This document shows positions 23,153-35,458 of a stretch of DNA of 64,000 nucleotides, piece by piece. A model generated the notes under the pieces. The model ran no database searches. It worked only from the letters and a program-made list of their open reading frames with translations, and was not told where the DNA came from. Each line of letters opens with the position of its first letter. Position 1 is the stretch's first letter. The position numbers and the translations under genes are program-made. This DNA is from Burkholderiales bacterium (GTDB lineage Bacteria; Pseudomonadota; Gammaproteobacteria; Burkholderiales; Burkholderiaceae_C): the NCBI GenBank assembly GCA_038209585.1, contig JBBQXN010000006.1:2171-66170 (forward strand), written 5' to 3'.

Positions 23153-23200
23153 TTGTTTTTGACCGTGGTGTATGCCAAGGTGGTGGGTGCCAAGGTGTTG

Positions 23201-24511
23201 CTATCGGCCGTCGCGGGCACGCGAGCGCAAGTCGTCCCGCGAACGGATGTCGCTGCTGCTCGGGCTGGCGAGTTGTTCCGTGCTGGCCGGTGACGGCACG
23301 CCGACAGGTGGGGTACCCGGTGTCGTCCCTGGTGCGTTGGCCTGCATCAGCTTGTCCAGCGGGAGATAAAGCAGATTCGATCCGCTGCGGCTGTCCACCA
23401 TCAGTTTGGTCACATTGGAATAAACCTGCTGCATGGTTTCGATGTACAGCCGGTCGCGCGTGACTGCGGGTGCTTTTTGGTATTCCGTCAGTACTAACCG
23501 AAAGCGTTCCGCATCACCTTCAGCTTGCGCTTCCACACGCGAGCGGTAACCCTGAGCCTCTTCAAGCAAACGCGAAGCCGTGCCGCGCGCTTTGGGAATG
23601 ACATCGCTGGCGTAGGCCTGACCTTCGTTGCGGAAGCGGTCGCGGTCGGCCGTGGCCTTCACGGCGTCGTTGAAGGCCCCCTGCACCTGGTCGGGCACCT
23701 GCACGTTTTGCACGTTGACGTTGCTGATGACGATGCCCGCCTTGAGCTTGTCGAGTTGCGCCTGGATGCTTTTGACCAAGTCGGCGGCAATCGCGTCACG
23801 CTGCTCATACAGCACCTGGTCTACCCGGCTGCGGCCAACGATCTCGCGCACGGCTGTTTCTGCCGCTTGAACCACGGCATCGTCAGGGCTGCGGTTTTCG
23901 AACAGATAGGCGCGCGCATCCGTTCGTCGGTACTGCACCGTAAAGCGGATGTCGACGATATTTTCGTCTTGTGTGAGCATCGAAGAATCACGCAAGCCAG
24001 TGGCCTGATTGACTGCGTTGCCGCCCACTTCCACCGACTGCAATTGCGTCACGGAAACGACTTCATGCGCTTGGATGGGGTACGGCATACGCCATTTGAA
24101 ACCGGCGTCTGTGGTCTGGGTGTACTTGCCGAAGGTAGTGACCACTGCCCGCTGCCCTTCCTGAACGATGTAAAAGCCGCTGCCCAGCCACACCAATACG
24201 GCCACGACGGCGATCAAGCCCACGCCGATACCCGCGCTCTTCATGTCGGGCTGGAAAGACGGGCCGCCGCCGTTGCCGCCACCGTCGCCGCCGTCTCCGC
24301 CTCGACGAACAGCGCCTCCCTGTTTGCCACCGAACAAACCGCTCAGCTTGCGATTGAAGTCGCGCCAAAGCTCGTCCAGGTCAGGCGGGCCGTCGTTGCG
24401 GTTGTTGAAAATGAGCCCTCGCGCCAACGTGCGAGCGGCAGCCGCGACAACGCGGATGCGCGAGGTCAGGCCAGCGGAACCTGAGGAAGTGGAAGGATGG
24501 GTATCAAACAT
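23201..24511 (-). CDS. hflK: FtsH modulator HflK
   Basis: GPPDLDELWR, TM, SPFH, RLYIETM, LLYLPLDKL. Confidence 0.95.
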   Translation of the reverse strand: MFDTHPSTSSGSAGLTSRIRVVAAAARTLARGLIFNNRNDGPPDLDELWRDFNRKLSGLFGGKQGGAVRRGGDGGDGGGNGGGPSFQPDMKSAGIGVGLIAVVAVLVWLGSGFYIVQEGQRAVVTTFGKYTQTTDAGFKWRMPYPIQAHEVVSVTQLQSVEVGGNAVNQATGLRDSSMLTQDENIVDIRFTVQYRRTDARAYLFENRSPDDAVVQAAETAVREIVGRSRVDQVLYEQRDAIAADLVKSIQAQLDKLKAGIVISNVNVQNVQVPDQVQGAFNDAVKATADRDRFRNEGQAYASDVIPKARGTASRLLEEAQGYRSRVEAQAEGDAERFRLVLTEYQKAPAVTRDRLYIETMQQVYSNVTKLMVDSRSGSNLLYLPLDKLMQANAPGTTPGTPPVGVPSPASTEQLASPSSSDIRSRDDLRSRARDGR

Positions 24512-25754
24512 GCTCTGGCCAAGGTGAAACAGGGGAGTCGTGCTCGGCAGCAGCGCCGCCGAAACGCACATCTTCATTTGGGGACGGTCGTGCTGCATTC
24601 AAACGCGCTTCTATGGCAGCCTGTGCAATAGCTTCGCGCAATGCCTCCAGGCCAGTACCGGCACGCGCACTAACAAACACGCGCCTGCGCCGCACGCCAG
24701 CATGCCCTTCGATCCAGTCGGCAGACTCACGCGGCTGCAACGATTCTTCGAGCAGGTCGCACTTGTTGTAAACCAACAATTGCGGCACAGCGGCTGCGCC
24801 GATTTCTTCCAGCACCCGATCCACTTCGGCCTGCTGCTCTGCGCGCAACGGGTTGGCTGCATCGACGACATGCAACAACAGGTCGGCGTCTGCGGCTTCC
24901 TGCAGCGTAGCCTCGAAAGCATCAACCAGCTTGTGCGGCAGGTCGCGAATGAAGCCAACGGTGTCGGACAAGGAAACTGCGCAACCTGCCTGTTCCAGCC
25001 ACAACGCGCGTGTCGTCGTGTCCAGCGTCGCAAACAATTGGTCGGCTGTATAAGCGCGTGCCTTGACCAGGGTGTTGAATAACGTGGACTTGCCGGCATT
25101 GGTGTAGCCCACCAGTGAAACGCGAAAGGTGCCGCGCCGCTCTCTCGCCTTGCGCTGCGTGCCGCGCTGACGTTTGACCTTTTCCAGTCGGGCTTTGACC
25201 GACTTGATGCGGTCGCCAATCATGCGACGGTCGAGTTCGATCTGGGCTTCGCCGGGTCCACCCCGGTTGCCGATACCGCCCCGCTGGCGTTCCAGGTGCG
25301 ACCAACGCTTGACCAAACGAGTGGACACGTACTGCAAGCGCGCCAATTCCACCTGCAGCTTGCCTTCATGGCTTTGCGCGCGGTCGGCAAAGATATCCAG
25401 AATCAGCGATGTGCGGTCGGCCACGGGAACGCCCAAATGCCGTTCCAGATTGCGTTGCTGCGCCGGGCTCAGAGCTTGATCGAAAATGACGCCATGCGCT
25501 GCGGTCTCAGCCACCAGGGCCTTGATTTCGTCGGCCTTGCCCGAGCCGACGAACAAGGCCGGATCGGGCGAACGGCGCTTGGCCGTTACACGCGCCACCG
25601 CCAAATCTCCTGCGGAAGCTGCCAGCAAAGCCAGCTCCTCCAATTCGCGGTCGAAGTGGGCGTCATTGCCAAAGTCCACGCCGACCAATACGGCGCGCGT
25701 TAGTTCGGCGTTGGGGTCGGATTTGGAATTGGCACGTGCGGGCTCAGTGGCCAT
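24504..25754 (-). CDS. hflX: GTPase HflX
   Basis: GYTNAGKST, LFATLD, DTVGF, NKCD. Confidence 0.96.
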   Translation of the reverse strand: MATEPARANSKSDPNAELTRAVLVGVDFGNDAHFDRELEELALLAASAGDLAVARVTAKRRSPDPALFVGSGKADEIKALVAETAAHGVIFDQALSPAQQRNLERHLGVPVADRTSLILDIFADRAQSHEGKLQVELARLQYVSTRLVKRWSHLERQRGGIGNRGGPGEAQIELDRRMIGDRIKSVKARLEKVKRQRGTQRKARERRGTFRVSLVGYTNAGKSTLFNTLVKARAYTADQLFATLDTTTRALWLEQAGCAVSLSDTVGFIRDLPHKLVDAFEATLQEAADADLLLHVVDAANPLRAEQQAEVDRVLEEIGAAAVPQLLVYNKCDLLEESLQPRESADWIEGHAGVRRRRVFVSARAGTGLEALREAIAQAAIEARLNAARPSPNEDVRFGGAAAEHDSPVSPWPEHV

Positions 25755-25833
25755 GGCGTTTGCAGCAATCAAGTGGCATCAAGCCTTGGGAGATACTAAA
25801 GCGATGTAAAAGGTCAAAGGGAGTCAAACGGAG

Positions 25834-26076
25834 TCAAACGACGTCTGTAGGTTCGCTGGCTTGGAAATTCACCGCGCGGCTGGGTACGACGGTGGATATA
25901 GCGTGTTTGTAGACCATTTGCGTCACGGTATTGCGCAAAAGAACCACATATTGATCGAACGACTCAATGTGGCCTTGAAGCTTGATGCCGTTGACCAAAT
26001 AGATCGACACAGGCACATGCTCTTTGCGCAGCAGGTTAAGAAATGGATCCTGCAAAAGTTGGCCTTTATTACTCAC
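25834..26076 (-). CDS. hfq: RNA chaperone Hfq
   Basis: [25 protein letters not shown]; GTG start with GGAG Shine-Dalgarno. Confidence 0.98.
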   Translation of the reverse strand: MSNKGQLLQDPFLNLLRKEHVPVSIYLVNGIKLQGHIESFDQYVVLLRNTVTQMVYKHAISTVVPSRAVNFQASEPTDVV

Positions 26077-26123
26077 GATATTCTCCGTGTTGGGTGATTA
26101 CCCGATTAGCAGCACCTTATCAC

Positions 26124-26154
26124 AGGGGCCCTGTCCATCGGGCAGGGGGGCCTT
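26124..26154 (-). terminator. GC-rich hairpin between der and hfq
   Basis: CCCTGTCC-atc-GGGCAGGG core with extendable arms; no clear U-tail. Confidence 0.4.
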
Positions 26155-26158
26155 TGCG

Positions 26159-27496
26159 TCAACGCGACTTGTCGTCGAAAGGATTGGGGGCGGATTTCAT
26201 CTCGATGCGCATGGGTGTACCCACGAGCTTGAAGTGCTCGCGGAAGCGGCTTTCAAGGTAGCGCTTGTAGCTGTCGGTGACGTGTTCCAGCGAATTGCCG
26301 TGCACCACCACGATAGGCGGATTCATGCCGCCCTGGTGGGCATAGCGCATCTTCGGCCGAAAACGGCCCTCTCGCCGCGGCGCCTGGTGTTCCACGGCGT
26401 CCAGCAGCAAGCGAGTCAGCACTGGCGTAGGCATCTTGATGGTGGCAGAGGCATGCGCCTGCAGCAGCGCTTTCCAAACCGCTGAGAGACCCGTGCGCTT
26501 GATGGCCGAGATGTGCAGCACCGGGGCGTAGCGGAGAAAAGCCAGGCGCGTCTCGATGGAGCGCTGAACGCTCTGGCGTTGGTAGTCGTCGGTGGCGTCC
26601 CACTTGTTGATGGCCACCACCACCGCACGACCCGATTCGAGTACGTATCCAGCGATATGGGCGTCTTGTTCGCTCACGCCTTGCGTGGCGTCGATGAGCA
26701 GCAACACCACGTTGGCATCGGAAATCGCCTGCAGCGTTTTCACTACCGAGAATTTCTCGATCGCCTCAAAGACCTTGCCGCGCCTGCGCAGGCCTGCCGT
26801 GTCGATCAGCTCGAAACGTCGGCCGTCGCGCTCAAAGGGCACATGGATGGCGTCGCGCGTGGTGCCGGGTTGATCGAAAGCGACGAGGCGCTCTTCACCC
26901 AGCCAGGCATTGATGAGCGTACTTTTGCCGACGTTCGGCCGCCCGGCCACAGCCAGTCGCACAGGCGCTTTCTCAGCGTCCTCCTCCATGCCTTCCTCAG
27001 GCTCTGGGAAGTCCTCCAGCGCGGCCTCCAGCAGGCTGCGGATGCCCTGCCCGTGCGCTGAAGAAATCGGGTGCGGGTCGCCAATGCCCAGCTCGAAGAA
27101 CTCACCCAGCAAAGGCGATTCGCTCATGCCTTCGGCCTTGTTGGCCGCCAGCAGCACTTTTTTCTGCGCCGTGCGCAAGTAGCGGGCGATGTCGTGGTCT
27201 TGCGCCGAGAGGCCACCGCGAACGTCGACGACGAAGATCACGGCGTCGGCCTCGGCCACGGCCTGGCGTGTCTGCTTGGCCATTTCGGCCACCACGCCAC
27301 TGGGCTTGTCGGGCTCGAAGCCGCCAGTGTCGACGACGATGAACTCCCGCGTACCCAAGCGCGCGTCGCCGTAATGTCGGTCGCGCGTGAGGCCAGCATA
27401 GTCGGCCACGATGGCGTCGCGGCTCTTGGTAATGCGGTTAAACAGCGTCGACTTGCCGACGTTGGCCCGCCCGACCAGTGCGATGACGGGCTTCAC
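26159..27496 (-). CDS. der: Ribosome biogenesis GTPase Der
   Basis: Two G domains ([18 protein letters not shown]). Confidence 0.97.
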   Translation of the reverse strand: MKPVIALVGRANVGKSTLFNRITKSRDAIVADYAGLTRDRHYGDARLGTREFIVVDTGGFEPDKPSGVVAEMAKQTRQAVAEADAVIFVVDVRGGLSAQDHDIARYLRTAQKKVLLAANKAEGMSESPLLGEFFELGIGDPHPISSAHGQGIRSLLEAALEDFPEPEEGMEEDAEKAPVRLAVAGRPNVGKSTLINAWLGEERLVAFDQPGTTRDAIHVPFERDGRRFELIDTAGLRRRGKVFEAIEKFSVVKTLQAISDANVVLLLIDATQGVSEQDAHIAGYVLESGRAVVVAINKWDATDDYQRQSVQRSIETRLAFLRYAPVLHISAIKRTGLSAVWKALLQAHASATIKMPTPVLTRLLLDAVEHQAPRREGRFRPKMRYAHQGGMNPPIVVVHGNSLEHVTDSYKRYLESRFREHFKLVGTPMRIEMKSAPNPFDDKSR

Positions 27497-28608
27497 GGCC
27501 TGAAGGCGAAGAGCCCGCCCTTGCGCGTGGTGACGAGCAAGGTGCTGCCGCTGAGAGCTGGCGTACCGATGACGGCCGAGCCGTCGGTGGGCAGACGCAT
27601 TTGCGCTTCGCCGCTGGTGGCGGCCAGAAAGTGGACCAGGCCTTCGACATCACCGAAAACCACGCTGGTGCCAACAGCCAAGGCGCCGCTGAAGCCGCGA
27701 TAAAGGTACTTCTCGCTCGTCCACACGACATCGCCATTGCTGGCGCGCCAAGCCGTGACGCGGTCAGTGGCGTCGGCACCGAAGACATGGTCAGCGTCAC
27801 TGGCCACGGCATTGAGACCGCCGATGTTGCGCGACCACAGCACGCTGCCGGTGGTGGCGTTCACGCAAGCCACGGCCGACTGAAAAGCACGCGCACAAAC
27901 GCGGTCGGCCACACGCGCCAAGGGGCCCACCAAGTCGGCCAGTCTTTCGACTTCGTTGGTACCGCGGGGAGATGCCATGGGCACTTCCCATTGCACGGTT
28001 CCCAGCAACGGGTCTACCGCAGCCAGTTTCGGGCCCTGGCCCAGAAGCAAGGTGTTGCCGAAAGGCGCCAGCACGCTGGCTTGCGACAGGGTCAACGGAT
28101 CGCCTGGGCGCTGCAGGGTCCACAACCGACGGCCGTCGAGCACGTCGAAGGCATGCACCGCGCGGTCAACGCCTTTGACGAACACCCGTTCACCCGCCAC
28201 CAACGGTGGTGTGACGACGGCCGAAGGCACGCGCTTGCGCCAAATCTCGCGGCCGGCGTCCAGCACCACCACTTCATTGCCGCGCGTGACCACGCTGACA
28301 TGGCGGCCGTCGCTGCCCACACCCGCAGACAACCGTTCACCGAGTTGTGCGCGCCAGCGTTCGGCGCCAGTTTCTGCATCCAGCGCTAGTACGGTGCCGC
28401 TGTCGCTTGCAACGAAAAAGCTGCCTTCGCGCACTGCGGGCAGCATCGGGAAACTGATGGCGCCTACATTTGCAGTCCACGCTTGACGTGCTGAAATTTT
28501 GGGCTGGAGACTTTCCAGCGCAGTGGGTTTGGGGCGGTCGCTGCTACAGGCCGTCACAACCAGAACCAAAGAGACTGCCCACAAGCTGCGTGTAGACAAG
28601 ACCCTCAC
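27493..28608 (-). CDS. bamB: BamB lipoprotein
   Basis: Lipobox VTAC, PQQ-like propeller repeats, synteny with yfgM and der. Confidence 0.93.
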   Translation of the reverse strand: MRVLSTRSLWAVSLVLVVTACSSDRPKPTALESLQPKISARQAWTANVGAISFPMLPAVREGSFFVASDSGTVLALDAETGAERWRAQLGERLSAGVGSDGRHVSVVTRGNEVVVLDAGREIWRKRVPSAVVTPPLVAGERVFVKGVDRAVHAFDVLDGRRLWTLQRPGDPLTLSQASVLAPFGNTLLLGQGPKLAAVDPLLGTVQWEVPMASPRGTNEVERLADLVGPLARVADRVCARAFQSAVACVNATTGSVLWSRNIGGLNAVASDADHVFGADATDRVTAWRASNGDVVWTSEKYLYRGFSGALAVGTSVVFGDVEGLVHFLAATSGEAQMRLPTDGSAVIGTPALSGSTLLVTTRKGGLFAFRP

Positions 28609-29297
28609 TGGCCTGCCCCCGAAGCCGCTGCACTGGCCGCCAGTGCGGGGGTCGGCGCAGGCGGCGCACCCAGGGCGGTGAGCTTGGCATCGAGCACGCG
28701 GCGGTAGTCGACCTTTTCGTCCATGCCGGCCCAGGCAGCCTGATAGGCAGCCAGCGCTTGCTCTGGCTTTCCCTGCGCCAGCAGCACATCGCCGCGGCGG
28801 TCGGCCACCAGCGGCTCGAAATGGGCGGCAGTCGCCGCATCCAAGGTCTTCAGAGCCTCGTCATATTGCTTATCAGTCGTTTGCAAGGCAGCCAGGCGCA
28901 ATCGAGCGATGGTGCGGGCTTCGTCCTGCTTGCCGTTGTCGGCCAGCCAGGTCAAGCTGGCGCGCGCAGCGTCGTTCAGCCCCTTGTCGAATTGCAGCTT
29001 GGCAGCCAGCAAAGCACCTTGTTCGGCAAAGCTGGTCTTGGGAAACTTGCTTTGCAGGTCAGACAAGACACGCTGGGCTTTTTCGGTGTCGCCGGCAACG
29101 GCGGCGCGGTCAAGCTCCTCGAACAGGGCGCCAGCCTTGAAGCCTTGCTCGCGCTGCCAGTAGTTCCAGCCGTTCCAGCCTGCGTAGGCCGTCAGTGCGG
29201 CGATGACCAGCCAGGTCAGCGGGTTGCCGTACTGCTTCCAGAACGCCTTCAGCGTGTCGAGCTGTTCCTGCTCTTGCAGGTCGAGTTGTGTGGCCAT
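28605..29297 (-). CDS. yfgM: YfgM family TPR membrane chaperone
   Basis: DLQEQEQLDTLKAFWKQYG plus TM plus TPR-like helices. Confidence 0.9.
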   Translation of the reverse strand: MATQLDLQEQEQLDTLKAFWKQYGNPLTWLVIAALTAYAGWNGWNYWQREQGFKAGALFEELDRAAVAGDTEKAQRVLSDLQSKFPKTSFAEQGALLAAKLQFDKGLNDAARASLTWLADNGKQDEARTIARLRLAALQTTDKQYDEALKTLDAATAAHFEPLVADRRGDVLLAQGKPEQALAAYQAAWAGMDEKVDYRRVLDAKLTALGAPPAPTPALAASAAASGAGQ

Positions 29298-29345
29298 GTT
29301 GACTGGTTTTCGGCGCCTGGGCGCCTGGTCGGCAAAAGAGTCGGA

Positions 29346-30653
29346 TTATGGCCTGCGCAGCAAACTCGCCCACGCTTCAGGCTGGTCCAGCGGCTGCAGA
29401 GTCTGCGCAGCACCTTCATCGCGCAGAGGCTTGACTGCCACTTGACCGGCCGCCAACTCATCAACGCCAAAAACCAGGGCAAAGCGAGCGCCGCTGGCAT
29501 CGGCGCGCTTGAACTGTGCCTTCATGCTGCCCTGGCCGTCCTTGCCCGCTGCGTGCATCAAGACAGTCACGCCCTGCGCGCGCAGCGCTTCCAGCACAGG
29601 CATGATTTGCGGCAGGCAAGACGCGTCGGGCACCACGGCATAGGCGTCAGGCACTGATTCAGGCGCCTGTTTGCCCACTGCTTCCAGCAGCAGCAACAGC
29701 CTCTCGATGCCCAGGCCAAAGCCCACGCCTGGCGCGGGCTTGCCTCCCAGTTCTTCGATCAGCCTGTCGTAGCGCCCACCACCACAAACCGTGGCCTGCG
29801 CCCCCAGGTGGGGCGTGACCCACTCGAAAACGGTGAGGTTGTAGTAATCCATGCCGCGTACCAGGCGCGGGTTGATGGCGTAGGGCAGACCAGCGGCGTC
29901 CAGCACCGCGCGCACAGCATTGAGGTGGGCCAGCGACGCTGAACCCAGAAAGTCCATCAGCCGCGGCGCTGCGTTTACCAGTGCCTGCATGGCCGGGTTC
30001 TTGGTGTCCAGAATGCGCAGCGGGTTCGTATGCAGCCGGCGGCGGGCCTCTTCATCCAGCGCGTCGGCATGCGCTTCAAAGTAGGCAATGAGCGCAGCGC
30101 GGTGCGCCTGGCGCTCTGCCGGCTCGCCCAGGCTGTTGATTTCCAGCGTGACGTCCCTGCCCTCCTGCAGGCCCAGGTCGCGCCACAGGGCGCGCGCCAT
30201 CAGGATCAGCTCTGCATCGACATCGGGCCCGGCGTGTCCCAGCGCCTCCACATCCAGCTGGTGAAACTGGCGGTAACGGCCCTTCTGCGGCCTCTCGTGG
30301 CGAAACATCGGGCCCATCAGCCAGATACGCAAAGGGCCGTTATACAGCGCGTTGTGCTCGTTGATGGCGCGCACGATGCCAGCCGTGGCTTCAGGGCGAA
30401 GCGTCAGGCGGTCGCCGTTCATCGTGTCTTCAAAGGAATACATCTCCCTCTCGACGATGTCGGTGACCTCACCAAGACCGCGTACGAACAAGGCCGTGGG
30501 CTCGACGATGGGCGTACGCAGGCTGCGGTAGCCATAGCGCGCCATCAGCTTGCGCACAATATGTTCGACCCATTCCCAGCGCGCTGAATCTGGCGGCAGG
30601 ATGTCGTTCATGCCCTTGACTGCACGCAAGGGGGTTGATTTATCTGTGGCCAT
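29346..30653 (-). CDS. hisS: Histidine--tRNA ligase
   Basis: [37 protein letters not shown]. Confidence 0.98.
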   Translation of the reverse strand: MATDKSTPLRAVKGMNDILPPDSARWEWVEHIVRKLMARYGYRSLRTPIVEPTALFVRGLGEVTDIVEREMYSFEDTMNGDRLTLRPEATAGIVRAINEHNALYNGPLRIWLMGPMFRHERPQKGRYRQFHQLDVEALGHAGPDVDAELILMARALWRDLGLQEGRDVTLEINSLGEPAERQAHRAALIAYFEAHADALDEEARRRLHTNPLRILDTKNPAMQALVNAAPRLMDFLGSASLAHLNAVRAVLDAAGLPYAINPRLVRGMDYYNLTVFEWVTPHLGAQATVCGGGRYDRLIEELGGKPAPGVGFGLGIERLLLLLEAVGKQAPESVPDAYAVVPDASCLPQIMPVLEALRAQGVTVLMHAAGKDGQGSMKAQFKRADASGARFALVFGVDELAAGQVAVKPLRDEGAAQTLQPLDQPEAWASLLRRP

Positions 30654-30716
30654 GGCGAGATCGGCGCAAGTTGCGCCGCAGAAGTTGGACGGATCTGATA
30701 GCGAGCGACTGCCGCG

Positions 30717-31994
30717 TCAATGTGCGGCAGTGACCGATCCGTAACGGCGTTCGATGTAGCTCTCGACCAACTTGTGGAACTCGCCGGCAATGCCTTCGCC
30801 GCGCAGCGTCAGCGCTTTCTCACCGTCGATGAACACGGGTGCAGCGGGCGCTTCGCCCGTGCCGGGCAGGCTGATGCCAATGTCTGCATGCTTGCTTTCG
30901 CCCGGGCCATTGACGATGCAGCCCATCACCGCCACTTTCAGGTTTTCCACGCCGGGATACTTGGCCTTCCATACCGGCATCTGAGCACGCAGGAAATCGT
31001 CAATCTGCTTGGCCAGTTCCTGGAAGGTGATGCTGGTGGTGCGCCCGCAACCGGGGCAAGCCGTGACGCTGGGGTTGAAGCTGCGCAGGCCCAGGCTTTG
31101 CAGGATTTCCGTGGCCACCACCACCTCCTGCGTGCGCGATTCGCCAGGCTGGGGTGTCAGGCTGACCCGGATGGTGTCGCCTATGCCCTCTTGCAGCAGG
31201 ATGGACAGCGCCGTGGCACTGGCCACGGTGCCCTTGGTGCCCATGCCCGCTTCGGTCAGGCCCAAGTGCAAGGCGTAGTCGCAGCGGCGCGCCAGAGCCC
31301 GGTAGACGCTGATCAGGTCTTGCACACCACTGACCTTGCAGCTGATGACGATGTTGTCAGGGTTCAGACCGAGTTCGCGCGCCACCGTGGCCGACGTCAA
31401 CGCGCTTTGAATCAGCGCGCGGTACATCACCTGCTTGGCGTCAGCCGGTTGCGGGAGCCTGGCATTGGCGTCCATCAGCTCGGCCAGCAATTCCTGATCC
31501 AGGCTGCCCCAGTTCACGCCAATGCGCACGACCTTGTCGTACTTCACAGCCGAATCGATGATCATGGCGAACTGGCGGTCGCGCTTCTCGCCCTTGCCCA
31601 CGTTGCCAGGGTTGATGCGGTACTTGCTCAGCGCCTGCGCCATCGCCGGATAGTCGGTGAGCAGTCGGTGACCGTTGAAGTGAAAGTCGCCGACCAGGGG
31701 CACGACTACACCCATGCGGTCGAGCTGCTCGCGGATGTAGGGCACGGCTTGTGCAGCTTCTGGCGTGTTGACAGTAATGCGCACCATCTCGCTGCCGGCC
31801 TGGGCCAGCTCCTTGACCTGGATCGCCGTGCCCACAGCGTCCACCGTATCGGTGTTCGTCATCGACTGCACGCGCACAGGTGCGTCACCGCCCACGGTGA
31901 CGACATGGCTGCCCCAGGCCACGCGGGCCTGGCGCGAGCGGCGCGGTGCCGGTGCGGCGGCTTCGATGATGTCTTGAAGATCGGGTGCGTTCAT
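30717..31994 (-). CDS. ispG: HMB-PP synthase
   Basis: [33 protein letters not shown]. Confidence 0.97.
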   Translation of the reverse strand: MNAPDLQDIIEAAAPAPRRSRQARVAWGSHVVTVGGDAPVRVQSMTNTDTVDAVGTAIQVKELAQAGSEMVRITVNTPEAAQAVPYIREQLDRMGVVVPLVGDFHFNGHRLLTDYPAMAQALSKYRINPGNVGKGEKRDRQFAMIIDSAVKYDKVVRIGVNWGSLDQELLAELMDANARLPQPADAKQVMYRALIQSALTSATVARELGLNPDNIVISCKVSGVQDLISVYRALARRCDYALHLGLTEAGMGTKGTVASATALSILLQEGIGDTIRVSLTPQPGESRTQEVVVATEILQSLGLRSFNPSVTACPGCGRTTSITFQELAKQIDDFLRAQMPVWKAKYPGVENLKVAVMGCIVNGPGESKHADIGISLPGTGEAPAAPVFIDGEKALTLRGEGIAGEFHKLVESYIERRYGSVTAAH

Positions 31995-32041
31995 GCGGAA
32001 ATCCTGATTTGCAGGCGGTGCTTAAAGGCGCCTCGTGTGGC

Positions 32042-32929
32042 TCAAGGCGGCAGCTGCAGACGAGCCACATTGTTGCTGGTCAGCGTCTGGAGGTCGACAC
32101 GCTTCTGCTTGAACCGCAACTCCACGCCGGCCGCGTTGCCGATCACCAGGCTGATCGGCGGCTCGCCTTCGATCGCCAGCTGCTCCCCCGTTTCAACCAG
32201 GCGCGAGACGATGAGGCGGCCGGTGGTGTCACGTGCTTCGATCCAGCTGGACTGATTGATCACCAACTGAATGCCATGCCCCGACACCATGCCGCCGCGG
32301 GACGCGGCAAGCGTGGGAGCGGAAACCACCCCAGTCGCAGCTGCAGGGCTGGCCGCAGACGCCGCGACCACAGACGCCGCACTTGCATAGGACAGAGGGT
32401 CGGCAACCAAAGGGGAGGCTGTGAGCAACGCCTCGGAAGCAGCACCTGCCAGTGCGGGTAGTTGCACTGACTCGGCCCCCGCGTTGCCATCGACCTGGCC
32501 GCCCGCAAATCGTTCCCACCAGGGCGCCGGCATGAAATAGACGATGAGTGCGGCCAACAGCAACGCCAACCCGCCCCAAACCAGAGGGCGCAGCCCTCCG
32601 CCGGCCAAGCCGGCGCCAGGGCTACCGCGTTCGCTGAACGGCGTGTTGAGCGAGCCTGCCACGTTTTCGAGTTTGCTGACATTGGACGCTGGCAGCAGTT
32701 CCAGCACGGGCTTGGCATCCATCTTCAGCGTACGGCAGACCGTCAGCGCAAGCGCGCGCGCAAACGTCGCATCGGGCAACTCGTCCCAACGGTTGTTTTC
32801 CAGCGCTTCCAGCTTGCGCTGCGACACCTTGATCGATGCGGCCAACGCAGCGATGTGCAGGCCCTGCTTTTCGCGCGCTGCCCGCAACAGTCCGCCGGCG
32901 GTGTCGGGGCCACGGCCTGGCTCAGTCAT
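32042..32929 (-). CDS. rodZ: RodZ-like HTH/TM/DUF4115 protein
   Basis: LRAAREKQG HTH, TM segment, C-terminal IGNAAGV...VARL. Confidence 0.88.
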   Translation of the reverse strand: MTEPGRGPDTAGGLLRAAREKQGLHIAALAASIKVSQRKLEALENNRWDELPDATFARALALTVCRTLKMDAKPVLELLPASNVSKLENVAGSLNTPFSERGSPGAGLAGGGLRPLVWGGLALLLAALIVYFMPAPWWERFAGGQVDGNAGAESVQLPALAGAASEALLTASPLVADPLSYASAASVVAASAASPAAATGVVSAPTLAASRGGMVSGHGIQLVINQSSWIEARDTTGRLIVSRLVETGEQLAIEGEPPISLVIGNAAGVELRFKQKRVDLQTLTSNNVARLQLPP

Positions 32930-33740
32930 CGAATCGTCCGTTCTCGAATCGCAGTGCCTCGGCCGACTGCGGGAAGCGATCACGCAACTGGCGACCGAAA
33001 GCCTGCATGTTGTCCGGACTGCCCAGCCGACGCTCGATACGGGCAGCCAACCACAGGGTTTGCGCACTCGAGAAGTCGCGCTGCGCGTTGATGCGCGCCA
33101 CGTAGAAACGGGCGCGCTCCAGTTCGCCGCGCTGCAGCAGCACTTCGCTCAGGTTGTAGGCCGTGACAGGGTTGGTGGGGTCCAGCTCATACGAACGCGA
33201 CAGCGTGACTTCGGCGTCAGCCCAGCGCTTGTTGCGCGCCTGGCAAACCCCACGCGCCAGCAAACTGCGCACCTGGTCGCGGTACTGCGGTTGCGCCAAC
33301 GCGCGGCCGAACAAGGCATCCGCCTCGTCGAAGCGCTGTTGCTGGCACAACACCCAGCCGAAGTTGTGCATGGCATCGGCGTCGCGCGGGTTCAATTCCA
33401 GCGCACGGCGAAAGCTTTGCTCACTGCGCCCTGTGTCGCCCAGGCTGGCAAAGATCAAGCCGCGCAGGCTGTGGGCCTCGGGCATGTCGGGCCGCGCTTC
33501 GAGTGCCTGGCGCAGTTCATCCAGTGCGGTTTCAGACTGGCCTCGGGCAAAGTAAAGGCCGGCCAGTTCCAAGCGCACCTGAGCCCGCCGTGCCGGGTCC
33601 GCTGTGTCCACCGGCTGGCGCACTTCGCGGCCCGGGTTGTTGGGGTCGGGCTGCGGCACGCTGACGCAGCCCGAGAGCAGCATGAACAAGGCAGCCAGGC
33701 TAATGGTCACAGCCCAGGGGAAGCAGCGGCGCAAATTCAC
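32922..33740 (-). CDS. pilW: Type IV pilus pilotin PilW/PilF
   Basis: Lipobox LSGC, TPR repeats, position between rlmN and rodZ. Confidence 0.9.
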   Translation of the reverse strand: MNLRRCFPWAVTISLAALFMLLSGCVSVPQPDPNNPGREVRQPVDTADPARRAQVRLELAGLYFARGQSETALDELRQALEARPDMPEAHSLRGLIFASLGDTGRSEQSFRRALELNPRDADAMHNFGWVLCQQQRFDEADALFGRALAQPQYRDQVRSLLARGVCQARNKRWADAEVTLSRSYELDPTNPVTAYNLSEVLLQRGELERARFYVARINAQRDFSSAQTLWLAARIERRLGSPDNMQAFGRQLRDRFPQSAEALRFENGRFDD

Positions 33741-34879
33741 ACCGGGGCCGCCGAGTTGGACGCAGGAACGATGGCGATGGTCTGGCGCAAACGGGTCATG
33801 CGCTGGCCGACTTGGGTGCGGTCCTGCACTTCACCAGCCAACTGTCCACAGGCTGCGTCGATGTCGTCGCCCCGCGTCTTGCGCACCGTGGTCACCAGGC
33901 CGGCGTCTTGCAGCACGCGGGCAAAAGCCTGCACGCGGTCGCGCGGCGAGCATTTCAGGCCCGAAGCTGGAAACGGGTTGAAAGGAATCAGATTCAGCTT
34001 GCAATGGATACGACCGCGCAGCAGATCGACCAGGGCCTGGGCGTGTTCCACCGTGTCGTTCACGCCGTCGAGCATGCAGTATTCGAAGGTGATGAAGTCG
34101 CGGGGCGCGTTGTCCAGATAGCGCTGACAGGCGGCCAGCAATTCCGAGATGGGGTACTTGCGATTCAGCGGCACCAGCGAGTCACGCAAGGCATTGCCTG
34201 GTGCATGCAGGGAGACCGCCAGCGCGACTGGGCAATCGTCGCGCAGGCGGTCGATCATGGGCACGACGCCCGACGTAGAAACCGTGACACGACGGCGCGA
34301 CAAACCGTAGCCGTGGTCGTCCAGCATCGTGCGCAGCGCGGGCACCAGCGCAGCATAGTTTTGCAGTGGCTCGCCCATGCCCATCATCACGACGTTGTCG
34401 ATGACGCGCTCACCCGCAGGTCGGCCACCCTGACCGCGCAAGCGGTGTTCTGCATGCCAAAGCTGCGCGATGATTTCGCCCGTTGTCAGGTTGCGGCTGA
34501 AGCCTTGGTGACCTGTAGAGCAGAAGCGGCAACCCACCGCACAGCCGGCTTGCGAAGATACGCACAGCGTGCCCCGGTCGGTCTCGGGGATGTAGACGGT
34601 CTCGATCGCGTTCCCCTGGCCCACGTCGAACAGCCACTTGATGGTGCCGTCGGCCGAGACATGTTCGCTCAGCAGTGGCAGGCCGCGCACTTCGGCTACG
34701 CCAGCCAATTTGCTGCGCAATGACTTGGCCAGGTCGGACATGGCCTCGAAGTCGGCTTGCCCGCGCTGATGTAGCCAGCGAAAAAGCTGCACGGCGCGAA
34801 ATGGCTTCTCGCCAAGCGTGGCGCAAAACGCCGTCAAGCCGCTGAGGTCGAAGTCGAGCAGGTTGACGGCCATGGCCAT
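33737..34879 (-). CDS. rlmN: 23S rRNA m2A2503 radical-SAM methyltransferase
   Basis: [27 protein letters not shown]. Confidence 0.97.
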   Translation of the reverse strand: MAMAVNLLDFDLSGLTAFCATLGEKPFRAVQLFRWLHQRGQADFEAMSDLAKSLRSKLAGVAEVRGLPLLSEHVSADGTIKWLFDVGQGNAIETVYIPETDRGTLCVSSQAGCAVGCRFCSTGHQGFSRNLTTGEIIAQLWHAEHRLRGQGGRPAGERVIDNVVMMGMGEPLQNYAALVPALRTMLDDHGYGLSRRRVTVSTSGVVPMIDRLRDDCPVALAVSLHAPGNALRDSLVPLNRKYPISELLAACQRYLDNAPRDFITFEYCMLDGVNDTVEHAQALVDLLRGRIHCKLNLIPFNPFPASGLKCSPRDRVQAFARVLQDAGLVTTVRKTRGDDIDAACGQLAGEVQDRTQVGQRMTRLRQTIAIVPASNSAAPV

Positions 34880-34907
34880 GCCAGCCGGGGGTTGGTGCTG
34901 CAGCGTC

Positions 34908-35333
34908 TTAACGCGCGTAGACGTTCATGCCGGGGAAGAAGAAGGCCACTTCCGCCGCTGCCGTCTCGGGCGCATCGCTGCCGTGCACGGCGTTGGCGTC
35001 GATGCTGTCGGCGAAATCTGCACGGATGGTGCCCTTGTCGGCCTTCTTCGGGTCGGTGGCGCCCATCAGGTCACGGTTCTTGCCGATCGCCCCTTCGCCT
35101 TCGAGCGCCTGGATCATCACCGGCCCGCTGATCATGAACGTGACCAGATCGTTGAAGAAAGGGCGGGCCTTGTGGACGGCGTAGAACGCCTCGGCTTCGC
35201 CGCGCGACAGATGCGCCATGCGGGCAGCCACGACCTTCAGGCCGGCGCCTTCAAAGCGGGCATAGATCTGGCCAATGACGTTCTTGGCCACGGCGTCGGG
35301 CTTGATGATGGACAGGGTGCGTTCGATGGCCAT
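34908..35333 (-). CDS. ndk: Nucleoside-diphosphate kinase
   Basis: [22 protein letters not shown]. Confidence 0.98.
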   Translation of the reverse strand: MAIERTLSIIKPDAVAKNVIGQIYARFEGAGLKVVAARMAHLSRGEAEAFYAVHKARPFFNDLVTFMISGPVMIQALEGEGAIGKNRDLMGATDPKKADKGTIRADFADSIDANAVHGSDAPETAAAEVAFFFPGMNVYAR

Positions 35334-35458
35334 GGGTGTCTTTCTCGGTCTTTCTGCGCAGCAGGCTGCGTCTGGGGTGATGTAGTTGGAGATTGCCGCC
35401 TGGGTGCACGACAAAGCCTTGGATTCTAGCCCGCAGCCAACGTCTGCATGGCTTAGCC

